Below are positions 27,761-42,074 of a DNA stretch of 64,000 nucleotides, piece after piece. The stretch is from Octopus sinensis (taxonomy: Eukaryota): positions 147,374,001-147,438,000 of the forward strand of contig NC_042999.1 of NCBI RefSeq assembly GCF_006345805.1, given 5' to 3'. Both the position numbers and the translations under genes were made by a program. The notes below the pieces were generated by a model. That model was not told the origin of the DNA. It saw nothing but the letters and a program-made list of their open reading frames with translations, and made no database searches. Position 1 is the stretch's first letter. The number at the start of each line of letters is the position of its first letter.

Positions 27761-28681
27761 TGTATGTATGTATGTATGTATGTATGTTATGTATGTATGT
27801 GTGCATAACATTAATACATATATACACGCCAACACACATCTGTCTCTTAAATATATATTCAATAAGAGAGAGCTTTAGGTTATCATGAAGACTAATGAAT
27901 AAACGCTACATTAAATGTTTTCCTTTCTTAAAAGTCGGAACTTGTGTTTTGAAAAAAATATCTAAACATAACATTCTTTACATAATAGATACATTTTCCA
28001 TTTTGGAAGAGCATATCTTTTACTCCTTTTCTTTTTAGAATCGCATCTTTCAAAACGCTTCTTCCCGATAATTTATTCCGATGGTTTATTCTTGTATCCA
28101 GAGGGCATATTTTCATATGTTGATCACCACAATTTTAGATATTATTCAACGAAGAAAAGTAAGTATATCAGATTTCTTTGAGCAGCGACTCAGTCATATC
28201 TCTGTATCTATTAAATAACACCTCGTAATTTTACTTTCGTAGAGATAACCACACTTACGTATACGATTTTTTTTATCGAAACAAAAATGTTTCAATCAAT
28301 TTGAGTATATTTCCACACTTGATATCAAATAGATCAAGCCTTAATTTTTCGCTTGGTTTTATTTCTACAAGTTTATATTAATTTGTAATTATAAAAAGTA
28401 TATTGGCAAATCATATGGCTAACAAATTTTCTAACTATAAAAATCAATGTTAACGAAAAAGAACCTCCAGGCGACGATACAAGGGATAAGAAGTCGAAAA
28501 GGACCGACACATGTTTATAAATGTCATTTTGGCAGCAGCCAAATAAATTAATCTGGTGAAATGAATTTTTGATTTTTAAAAATTTATAAATTATTTCAAA
28601 TAATTATATCTTTCCACCTAAGAGAAAAGTTTCAATTATACATGTATAAATATGTGTGTGTGTATGTGTGTGTGTGTGTGT

Positions 28682-28717
<36 letters not shown>

Positions 28718-29579
28718 CCATGCCTTATTCATTCTGTCAGGTAATAACGTCATAATATTTTATCTAATATTTAATTAAATTGAAAACTATTTTCATTGAA
28801 TTCTTGAGAGTAAAAGAAAGAAAATTTATCTCTGATTAAGATTAAAAAAAAAGAAAAGGGTGTAAAGTTTTGAAGTAAAGTTCATCGCTTAGTATCATTA
28901 AAACATCAGATAGCCAGAAGCTAGCATAGATTTGAAGTAAGTTGAGCATATGTGTAATCTTAAATGCTTTTGTAAATAAGCATGTGAGTCTACTCGTTCA
29001 CATGTGTGTTTAAGTGTGCATCGATGTTGTGTTTCTTTTTATATATTTGTGTGAGTATAGACAGAGAGTGTAAAGAAATATGTTGTACTGATGAATGATA
29101 ATAGTGTTTTAATTACTACAGAATCCTGTCTGCATTCACCTAATTATAATTTCTTTTTTCAAAAATAGATAGCACACACCACTTTAGAGACTTGGCTGTA
29201 TTGTGAATGAAATAGCTTTAACAAACGAAGTAGTTCATAAACAAATTGGAATAATATGAAATTATATGGATTCATAGTTTAGACACAGGTTTCGAATAGG
29301 AAAAGTGATGCATATGTAATTTTCTAATATAAAAGAGACTTGAAATTTATCAAAAAATGAGCCTGGGCTTGTGAACAAACCAATTAAATCTATAATACGC
29401 AAACTGAAAATGTGGAAAATTCTAGCAAACTATTGGCTACCAATTATCGAAATAATCTATGCAAAGCCGTTGCTTCCTTTCTTTCTTCCCTTCCACAATA
29501 GCTTTCTATAGACCACAATTTTATCTCCTCACAATTTCACTTCAATTGGACATCTTGCACCTGCGATAAAGATTGTGTG

Positions 29580-29616
<37 letters not shown>

Positions 29617-30859
29617 ATATGTGTGTATATATAGAAATACTGAAAGAACTCAAGAAAATCAACACAAATTTGTCAACTTTTTTGAACAAATTCGATTCGA
29701 CACTTCAACCCAATCGAGAGAACAAAAGAAGAAACAGATACGAAAAATACAACCTCCGAAATTGTCGTAAACCTTGGAAACTTATGCGAAACAATAGAAC
29801 ATTTTTCTCTAACAACGCTAACCAAGGACCTCAAACGCGTCAATATATGGGATCAATACTCTAACAACATACCAAATGAAACACACATAATACCACAATG
29901 GAACAAATCACTCAGAGATAGAAAGTTCGCCTTTTGGAAGATGATCCAAAACAACAAACAAAGCGGATATATACGAAAAATGGCTCAACCGGACCCCGTT
30001 AATCCTCCCACGTAAATTCCAGTTCAAAGCTATTACAGAAGAACCTGAAACAAAGACACCTCAGGGAGAGAATGGCACTGGAAAAAATGAAAATGGAAAT
30101 AGAACTTCTGAAATTGAGGGCCCAAACGAATGAGGATAATAAATAAAATCCACCGATGAAGATATCAACGAAGAAATTCGCAAAATGACCCAAGGCCCAG
30201 ATCAAGAGAAGTTCTCCAAACTATGGAAAGAGGACTGTGAAAAAGAAGAACTAAAATCTCTCCAACGCTGGGAGAAAAGCGCCACTTGGTTCTCAGACTA
30301 TGAAGCCGTCTTTCAAACAGAGCACGCCTCCAACAACCCTTTCCAGAAAATAAGAAAACCAAACAACACCCAAACACCGATACACACCTGTCTAAAAATC
30401 GGAACCTTCACTACTATCAAAAAAAGAATACAGGACCTAACCCTACTCTGTAAGCAGCCAGCGATACAATATCAGGAATACCCCCACTTCAAGCAGAGAA
30501 AGGATAAATCAACACCCACAGCATAGACACTGCAACCTCATCCCCACCCAAAGGAGTTACCAACGAAATCTTCGTCCCATTAACCGGTTAAACAACCATG
30601 CACAACAAACCCACACCACTTGCAATGATTACCAACGAAGGCCTCCTAGAACCAACACCCGAATATAGGATATCGGGATGCTCTCCTCAATACTGCTCCA
30701 AGAACACACACCATAAATCACAACAGGGACCCCTAATCAACAAAGAACAACTATATACTAGCTACCGTCCCAACACCGCATTCATTTTTTAGACCCAATA
30801 CGCAAACACAGAGACACAAGATAGCACCAAACAAGCAGGAGAAACAAAAAGTAAAAAAA

Positions 30860-33070
30860 TTATTAATCTAACTCACAAGGAACTAACAGCAAACCAAATA
30901 AACATACTTTCCAAAGGACTCAAGTTTACACCCACCCCACAACACCCCAACTACAATGAAATGAAAGAAGACATCGCAGAATTCTGCAGAAAATTAAGAC
31001 TTACTGAGGAGCTATACGATAAATACAACGAGGACGAATCGTTAGCCAGAAATAGGAGTAACTACACCCCTCGAAAGGTAAGAATATAAAACCTTGATGA
31101 TTTCTGTGACCACATATCAAATTACCCATATCAACATATGCACAAACAAAAACACAAACCAAACTTCAGCAAAAAGAATGGGCCGAGTTGAACAAATTAA
31201 AACTAGATAAAACAATAACAATCAAAGAGGCCGATAAAGGGAGTGCTGTTGTCTTAATGGATACGACATTTTACATAACTTTGGTACTTTCTATGCTGGA
31301 AGACACAACATACTATGAAAAGGCACAAAACTACAGTCAACAAAAAATAATGAGGGAACTAAAATCCATATTAAACCCATACAAAGCAGGGCTCACCGAC
31401 AAAGAATATGATTATATGACCAATTTCACAAGTAAAACTAGCCAATTCTACGGTATACCTAAGATCCACAAAAAATGAAAAATAAGCAACGAATGCAAGA
31501 TAGCTACAGACAAAATAATTAAAGTCCCTAATCCTAATGACCTCAAATTGAGACCCATAATAGCAGGTCCCGCATGCGAAACCCACCGCCTCAGTAACTT
31601 TTTAGACACCCTGTTAAAACCACTCCTCAAACATGTCAAAAGCTATATAGGGGACGACTTAGATATGCTCAATCACCTACCGAATACTATAAACAAAAAC
31701 ACCATACTGGTATCCTTCGATGTAGTCAACCTCTACTCCAATATCCCCCACAACTAGGACTAGAGGCAATCCAATTCTGGCTAGAGAATCACGCCAACGA
31801 AACTACCACACCGCATCAAAAGAATTTTGATAGAAGGGGTTAAATTCATCCTGGAAAATAACTTCTTCGCCTTCAATGACAACTTCTACCGAAAAAATCG
31901 GGGACTGCCATGGGTACACGAATGGCCCCCTCCTTTGCCAACCTAGTCATATGATACCTAGAGATCAGTCTGTATCGTAAGGTTCTAGAAAGATATGGCA
32001 GCCCTTTCTCCATCTACATAGAAAACAACTGGAAGAGATATCTAGATGACTGTTTCATCCTTTGGCATAAAAATATAGAAAAACTCATAGAATTCAGAAA
32101 AATTTTAAACGGACTGGACGTAAACATCCAATTCACGATGGAATATAGCCAACAACAACTCCCCTCCTCGATATCCTCATTAAGAAAGCTAATAATATAA
32201 TAGAAACAGACATATACTATAAGCCTACAGACTCTAAGCAATATCTTCCATTCAATTCATGCCACCCCAGACACACCAGGATGAATATCCCCTTCAATCT
32301 AGCAAAAAGGATATGCACTATAGTCTCTAACGCAAACACCAGAGACACACGACTACAAGAACTAAAAGACACCCTAATCACCAGGAACTATCCACCTTCA
32401 CTTATTGACAAGTGCATTCAACGTGCCCTTCAACTTAACATCAAGGAACTGAGACATCCCAAATCCAAGAAAAACTTACAACCAAAAGCCTTACCATACA
32501 TCTCCACAAACAACCCTCTCAATAACGAAGCCTTCGACACCATCCTCCACAACATACCCCTCCTAAAAAAAGACCACAGAATGAACACAATCCTCCAAAC
32601 ACACACAATCATAAAAAGCAAAAGACAGCCTAGATCCATGAAAAGTCTCCTTACACAAGCCCGAATTCACTCTTCAACACAGAAGCCGACAGTAAAAAAA
32701 TGTGGAAGACCCAATTGCGGGATATGCGACTATCTTATTGAGGGATCAGAGTTCTCCTTCAAACAGGGACAACGGTTTACAGTGAAAAGCAACTTCACAT
32801 GTGCTTCGGAGAACCTAATATACTCACTAACCTGCTCCGGGTGTCAAGAGCAGTACATAGGCCAAACAGAAAATGTTTGCGTAAACGAATGGCCCTGCAC
32901 AGATCCCAGATAAAAATTCCCCAAAACAGAAAAATAGCTTTTAGCCAACACATAGATACTTGCGCCAACAAAAAAACACCAAACTTCAGAATTTTCCCCC
33001 TCTACCAATTTAGGGACGATACAACCTCGAGACAACGAATAAGTAAAGAAAATCTCTTTATACAAAATAC
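30860..33070 (+). pseudogene. PLE reverse transcriptase plus GIY-YIG endonuclease, frameshifted
   Basis: KGLKFTPTP, IKEADKGSAVVLMD, FYGIPKIHK, RPIIAGP, SFDVVNLYSNIPH, GTAMGTRMAPSFANL, RYLDDCF, YYKPTDSKQYL, CGRPNCGIC, NLIYSLTC..YIGQT. Confidence 0.95.
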
Positions 33071-33746
33071 AAGCCACTTCTTAACGGGTCTACGACAAAC
33101 AATTAATATACTTCAACTTTAGAATAAAAGAAAAATATATATACACACACAAATATTACACTCCATAGAATCCATTACTAATCAGCCCCTTCATAGCTAT
33201 ATTTACACCCATTCATATTCTCCCTTCTCTGTTTTTTTTTCTCCTCCTCCTTCTTCTTCTTCTTCTTCATCATCATCATTATCATCATCATCGTCGTCAT
33301 AATCATCACCACCATCACCATCATCGTCATCTTCTCCTTCTCCTTCTCCTTCTCCTTCTTCTTCTTCTTCTTCTCTTCTTCTTCTACTTCTCCACCCCCT
33401 ACCTCTTAACTTTGTCACTAATGTTTTTTAGTATAACACCTACGCTAATTCTATAAACAAGCCTGTCAATATAAATATTCTCCTGAATTGAACTGAGACT
33501 GCCAGCCGCCACTGACCATTCAAAATACGACCATCAGGGCACTCCCAGATTCTCCCACCCCCCTTTCCTCACCAGCCCTCTTCCTCTACTACCCTACCAA
33601 GAACTCACAACGACCTCAAACACACAAGTGCAAACAAGGGAGTCAGAGAAAGGCAGAATGCCACTTATATCTGAACACTACTATAGAAATATTCCTTTAA
33701 AAAAACTTTTCTTCTAATTTTCCTAAATTTAATTATTTAATCGTTA

Positions 33747-33784
33747 CAGTTGAAAAGGTCTCAAAATGACCGAAACCGGTACTG
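33747..33784 (+). ncRNA. Minimal hammerhead ribozyme, U3-A8 variant, at PLE 3' end
   Basis: CAG-TTGAAAA-GGTC-tcaaaat-GACC-GAA-ACCGGT-A-CTG; all helices intact. Confidence 0.85.
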
Positions 33785-33833
33785 AAATGTTCACTATAAA
33801 ATTATTTTAGCATTTTCTATTTTTGACTTGTTT

Positions 33834-33874
<41 letters not shown>

Positions 33875-33878
<4 letters not shown>

Positions 33879-34283
33879 AAATTATTAGGATAGGAAATCT
33901 AGAAACATTTCCATACCGGTGGCTAGCATGCTTAATAAAAGTCAATAGACAATATATATTCATATACAAGAGTATATAAGTATTTATACACACAGAGGTA
34001 ACACTTGACAGGACGCCTTAAATGCTACAAAGGGCATGACAACAAAAATTATTCATAGCTAACCGCAAATCCGAGTTTCTGTATTAATGAACACATAAAG
34101 TATTGTTGTCTATTGACTTTTATTAAGCATGCGAGCCACCGCTATAAGAATTTTTCTAAATTTACTACTCTTATAATATTCACAGTAAAATTTTCATAAT
34201 TTCAAGGCCTTTTGGTACGCACTTTTAATTTATTATTTGCTGCTGAGTTTGAGGGCTGCGATTGCGCAGTTGATTTGAAGATA
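33875..34283. mobile_element. PLE-type end with inverted arms (33875-33952 / 34106-34183) and tail
   Basis: Imperfect ~78-bp inverted repeat starting at (TA)n. Confidence 0.6.
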
Positions 34284-34793
34284 TCTATATATATAAAACT
34301 GTAGTTGTGTGAGTGTCTGTCCCCTTCGATTTAGATTCCTAACTACTCCCACATTTTGCGGTGCAGTTTAACCAAATTCGGGTATCTTATAGTCGTGATT
34401 CATATCGAGCCCGTCTGCGTATTAGCGCGCGTCTACGATGAGTCTACGATTTTAAAAATAATTTAACATCATTTTTTAGTCCATTTTAATGCATAATTTT
34501 TCGTGTGTCGATGGCGGCGGAGTTGGCGTCCATGGTCACATCTGCACCTGTTTGCTTCTCCCCCTTCTTCCCTCCCTTGTGAAGCTGTGGGGAAGGGAGT
34601 GTAAGGAAATCAACGTCGTAAAGCGTTGTCAAGGAGACCAGCGTTCTTTTAGAACGACTTCATGGCTTGAAGACACCAAAACAGAAATGGCTAAGAAAGC
34701 CCGAATTGGCATCTATAAGGGAAGTAACTCTCTAAAAATGCTTATATAGTTATTTCCCTTACAAATCCGAGCAACGCCGGGCGATACTGCTAG
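34284..34793 (+). mobile_element. Non-autonomous Helitron
   Basis: 5' TCTATATATATAAAA, subterminal GC hairpin (CCGAGCAACGCCGGG), 3' CTAG, inserted between A and T with no TSD. Confidence 0.85.
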
Positions 34794-34980
34794 TAGTGTA
34801 TAAGTATGAGACACACACATGTGATTTCGGTACGTATTAAACTACGTAATTATGCATTGTCTCAGTGATCCCACTGACGAAGTACGGTTGATATATATAT
34901 ATATATTAAGGTATGTAGAAAAATACAACATGGACAAGAACGTATAACTCATAGAAGACGATACAATAAACATGGACAGG

Positions 34981-35124
34981 ACATTCGAACCCCTCAGTCT
35001 TCAGTCAAGAACCGGATCATCGTAGTAATTTCGGCTGATTAATCTTGAGATTACTAGATCACGGCCAACCCTCCAAGAAAAACTAAGCTGGAAGCGTAGA
35101 TTTCCTGGAAGAAGGATCGAATGC
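34981..35124 (-). ncRNA. Candidate permuted hammerhead, copy B
   Basis: As copy C, with helix II strand GGTTGG (G-U tolerated). Confidence 0.65.
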
Positions 35125-35742
35125 ATACGAACACCAGGACAGCAAAAGGGACAGATATAAAAAAAAACAAAAAACAATAATGGAATACAGAAACATGAAA
35201 TACAGAAGCATTAACGGTGAAAACAACAAGTGTCTTACGACTGATAACAAGCAAACAAATTTTTTCTCTGGCGCATTGGAAAAAGCCTTTATAGCGGCGG
35301 ACGAAGAACAACGATGTTAACACGACGAGGGTCAGGAGCTGAAAGGCAGATTTCGGCCAACAGTCACGTGACAGAGAAGAGAGAGAGAGAAAAGGGGGGA
35401 CAAAACGCAACAAAGAGAGAGAAGAGAGAGAAAGAAGGAATCAGAGAGGAGAAGGGATGGGTGTCGAAGAATGACCTGTGAGTGCAGAGCGAGACAAAGA
35501 AATAGGAGGGTAGTGGAAGACTAGACCAAAGGATCAGAGGAAAGAGAAGATGAATAGAGAGAAAGTAAAAATGAGAGAGAGAGAGAGACAAACAGAGAGT
35601 CGTACCAATTATTAAGAATATGTGTTCACATTAATGATAAAGGGGGTACGGGCGCCTGGAATATATGTTAAGGTATGTAGAAAAATACAACATGGACAAG
35701 AACGTATAACTCATAGAAGACGATACAATAAACATGGACAGG

Positions 35743-35886
35743 ACATTCGAACCCCTCAGTCTTCAGTCAAGAACCGGATCATCGTAGTAATTTCGGCTGA
35801 TTAATCTTGAGATTACTAGATCACGGCCAGCCCTCCAAGAAAAACTAAGCTGGAAGCGTAGATTTCCTGGAAGAAGGATCGAATGC
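35743..35886 (-). ncRNA. Candidate permuted hammerhead, copy C
   Basis: GGCTGG-ccgtgatc-TAGTAAT-C-TCAAGA-ttaa-TCAGCC-GAA-ATTACTA-cgat-gatccgg-t-TCTTGA-CTGAAGA. Confidence 0.65.
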
Positions 35887-35900
35887 ATACGAACACCAGG

Positions 35901-35961
<61 letters not shown>

Positions 35962-36013
35962 AATATATGGTGGAGTAAATTGATCAAAATAAAAATATGA
36001 TGCCAAGGATTCA

Positions 36014-36091
36014 GCGGGACATATGTTTCGGGCCTTTATTAGACAGATTTATAACAATGCATAATGTATGTCTGTGGCCTTCTTCAGCCGC
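36014..36091 (-). ncRNA. Type I hammerhead ribozyme within PLE end (inverted arms 35983-36011 / 36252-36280)
   Basis: GCGG-CTGAAGA-AGGCC..GGCCC-GAA-ACATATGT-C-CCGC; GUC cleavage triplet. Confidence 0.82.
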
Positions 36092-36689
36092 GCACAACAA
36101 CTTCCACAAGGACATGTGTTACATCAAAAAGTCTTGGTTGGGGATGCAAATCCTCTCATTCGCGTACGACATAATGCGGCAACAGCATAGAATTGAAGCG
36201 TCCATCTCTTTCTTCTCTCAATGTAGAATGAGGAAATTTGGATGTTGAAGTAATCCTTGGCATCATGTTTTTATTTTGATATATATTATCTAAAATATAT
36301 TATCTAAAAGTTAATGTACCACTTCTTGATACCCTCCATTTTCTTATTGCTATATAAATTAATGGTAAAATATCTCTTTATCTTCACCCATTTAGTACAC
36401 TAGGTAATGTAATTGCAATGCAATAAAAACACTTGTATGTTATTAATGTTTGACATTAGTGTTTTGTCTCTTAAACAGTAATGTTCTTTGTATGTATGTA
36501 TGTATGTTTTTGTATGCATACTCATGCATATAGGTGCATACTCGTATATATTTAAATGATAAACCTCTGGAAAGTTTTAACATTCTTTACAGTTCTAGTG
36601 ACGGATTAGTTCTGTAGTCTTTGAATTTGCTTTCTACTTCCTGGTTTTGAGAGGCTTAATTTCTCAAGATTTGTATTTAGGCAGAGTCT

Positions 36690-37500
36690 GTTACATATCT
36701 TAGAACTCCATAAAGTCTCCATCGGTTGTCACATTTTACGGCTTTTTCCGCATCTCTATCCCTTTGTTGCATCAGATACTTGGTTCATATTTCCTGTTCC
36801 TTGATTGCAAACGCATACCCTTCAAAGTGGGAGGAAGTAATTTGGGTATTCGTCCATGGTAAACTGCTTTGATGATCGATGTTACTATCGTCACAGAGCT
36901 TTCTACTAACATATCCATGCATAGTCTTCTGCTAATATAGTCTCATCCTCTCATCTGATGCTACGTTGCAGTAGAGTCGTGCAACATTTTTGCGCATGTA
37001 TTCCAGGTTATGAGACAAATACTGTCGCTCAAGGAGCTGCCTTCCAAGTCTTATGATGTTATCAGCCTCATGTATGCAAACTTGGTCAAAGGTTGCATTT
37101 CGAAGCTTGGTGGTTAAAAGATGTTGCTGAATGGGTATGATGCGACATTCAAAAGCATTTTGGATCGATGGTAAGCCTCTGCAGCCTTGTATGAATTTTA
37201 AGTTGATGCGGTCTACATTACTGTTTATGTGGAAATTATGTGTACTTGTTAGTATTTTTCGGGTTTTCACATCAATTGCTCAGATCTCAATCAAACAACC
37301 CAAATACTAGCACTGCAAAGGCATTTCGCGCCACTATTTTATTGAATGCAGAGAGTTCTAAGGTCCAACTTCTCTCTATTCGGCTGTAATATTCTTTAGT
37401 GACACGCATTTTTTTACAGGTGCCATTGTAAAATATATATTTATCCACATCTAGTTACCTGTAACATACTTCGTCATATACAGGGGAAACTGTCAAATCA
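36690..37500 (-). mobile_element. R4/Dong-type (restriction-like endonuclease) LINE fragment
   Basis: KTRKILTSTHNFHINSNVDR..GCRGL, MHGY and SSHFEGYAFAIKEQEI motifs. Confidence 0.75.
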
Positions 37501-37711
37501 TTGATGGAGATGTTACTAATCTGGTTTCACAACCATATAGCATTTAATCCTGACCCTACATCCTTTAAAAAATGTTGTAACTATTTCAAGGCTCTTTTTC
37601 ATCTTATGTATATTCTTTGCATAAAGTTAACAATTGCAGCGTGGAAGGTGTTTGTAAGCCATTTAAGAAACACACAAAAGCCGTTCGATTCACTTCAACA
37701 TTTAAGTTTAA

Positions 37712-37761
37712 TTTGTCAAAATATTTTCGTCGCTAAAATCCGCGACCTGTTCACTGACAAA
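37712..37761 (-). ncRNA. Minimal hammerhead ribozyme, G3-C8 variant
   Basis: TTTGTCA-GTGAACA-G-GTCGC-ggatttta-GCGAC-GAA-AATATT-T-TGACAAA; perfect 7-bp helix I and 5-bp helix II. Confidence 0.8.
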
Positions 37762-38496
37762 AATCCGTACTGCATCTGAGAAAGTAACATTTAGTTCGTC
37801 ATATATATGTACGTATGTATGTGTGTATGTATGTATAAACGCATGTATGCATACATGTATGTATGTATATATGTACGTACATACGCCTGTGTGTATGTAT
37901 GTATATATGTATGTATGTATGTATGTATGTACGTAGATGTACCGGTGGAAACATAACTGAAACTTTGTAAAAATATATAAATTAACACATTATGTCAATT
38001 ATAATTATGATTATTCCAGCAACGTCGCTGAATTACATCTCTTTTGGTGGATCTATATAATGAATTTGCTGAATCATACTGACGTTCCTCTGAATATATA
38101 CTTTCGGACTATACTATCTTCTGTAATTTAGAGTAACACAAAGAAAGGAAAAACCAAAATACTACAACCATTTCAGCACAATCGTAAATTTAGCGTCACG
38201 TGACAGGAATTTCAGGCAAAAGAATAAAAATATAAGTAAAAAATACATGAATATCTAGTATAACATACATAAAAGAATTAAACGGATAAAAACTAATCTT
38301 TTAACGCCTTTGATGTCGGCAGATATATTCTTTTGAGACAACCAGTAGTCGCCTTTTATATAACATCACAGTATGTTCGCTAAATCCTGTTTTCTTGCTG
38401 ACTTAATTTATGGCACACATACCATATCAGTAGCATAATTAATCAAACTGTTTTATATATTCCCAGACGAAAATATGTAATTCAGCGGTGCTGCTG

Positions 38497-38722
<226 letters not shown>

Positions 38723-38879
38723 CAGTGTTATGGGTTTCGAGTTATAAATGCAATAAGAAAGCTAAAGACGTAAACAAAAGACTGAACAACGAACGACTTA
38801 AACCAAACCCTTGATGTAATACAATATTCACCCGAAAAAAAAATTAAGTTAACAGAAAAAAAGGAAGCAGAAACACCCC

Positions 38880-41035
<2,156 letters not shown>

Positions 41036-41139
41036 ATAAGAGGAAGAAGGAACGAAGAAGAAGAAAAAGAAGAAGAAGAAGAAGAAGAAGAAGAAGAAGA
41101 AGAAGAAGAAGAAGAAGAAGAAGAAGAAGAAGAAGAAGA

Positions 41140-41405
41140 TAGACATGGTACCAATAGTAACTGGTGCATTTGGAAGTATCAGCTCTCAACTTCCAACATG
41201 GCTGAAAAAGAGTGGTGCAAGTATTAAGCTAGAACACCCACAAAAATCAGCATTGCTTCGAACTGCAAGTATTCTTCGCATATGATCGAAGATCATAGAC
41301 AAAATTCTTATTATCCAATATCAGCTGATCGAAAAATTTCAATCACGGAATTCGATAAGTTAGGATACAAAGGCCTAGAGATAGAAATCAGCAGAATGTG
41401 GAAAC
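41140..41405 (+). pseudogene. R4-type LINE C-terminal endonuclease fragments
   Basis: VPIVTGAFG..QKSALLRTASILR and EFDKL..YKGLEIEISRMW. Confidence 0.7.
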
Positions 41406-41601
41406 AAAAACAAAAAAACAGTAACTCTACCGTTGTATATATATTTGTGTGTGTGTATGTGTGTGTGTGCGGTGTGTGTGTGTGTGGGGGGGATAATTTT
41501 ATTACTTCGCCGAACCGGAAAACAATCTCGTTAAACCAAAGAACAAATAAAAATAGGACTGCAGCACGAAGTACTCATATGACACCGCGGTGAAAGGAGA
41601 C

Positions 41602-42047
41602 ATAAATTGAAAGGTATAATAAATAAACGGTCTAATCAGTCAAAACAACTTTATATCATTCCCAAACTATATATATATTAACACAGTAACGCACCCAATG
41701 GCAAAACCTAACAGTAAAAAATATACGCATATACACGAATAAAAGGTTATAAAACCTTAAAGGGTGTTGCGAGTGAAACAAATATACAGAATAAATTAAT
41801 TAGTCACCTTTATTATGCATTAATTTATTCCATATATTTTTCTTCATTCGAATTCACACGTATTACCCTGTTAGGTTTTATGATCTTTTATTCGTTTATA
41901 TGTGTATATCTTATACGGTTGAGTTTTACCATTCGGTGCCCCAACTGTTTTGATATATATTTATATTCGAGTTTTGATAATTTGGGAATGATATATATTG
42001 GTTTTGGCGGACTGGAGCGTTTATTCATTATGCCTTTCAATTTGTAT
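41602..42047. repeat. Old ~200-bp imperfect inverted repeat (PLE-type end)
   Basis: 41602-41800 is the diverged reverse complement of ~41820-42047. Confidence 0.65.
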
Positions 42048-42074
42048 ATAAATATATATATATATATATATAAA

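Larger units (their letters stand above)
29633..33838 (+). mobile_element. Near-full-length Penelope-like retroelement (Neptune-type architecture), inactivated
   Basis: Single long degenerate ORF (RT, Cys linker, GIY-YIG), 3' UTR with HHR, (TA)n on both sides. Confidence 0.93.
34906..35903 (-). mobile_element. Non-coding element with 236-bp direct terminal repeats (34906-35141 / 35668-35903); PLE pseudo-LTR or retrozyme-like
   Basis: Repeats are near-identical, 762 bp apart, and flanked by (TA)n; no credible ORF. Confidence 0.8.

Noticed and set aside
33203-33418. Acidic poly-E/D ORF
   Set aside because: Trinucleotide-repeat tract in the PLE 3' UTR read antisense.
34806-34890. Degenerate HHR (TGAGACA/TGTCTCA helix and GAAA on minus; CTGACGA on plus)
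   Set aside because: The minus-strand core reads ATGCATA and position 17 is G; too decayed to call.
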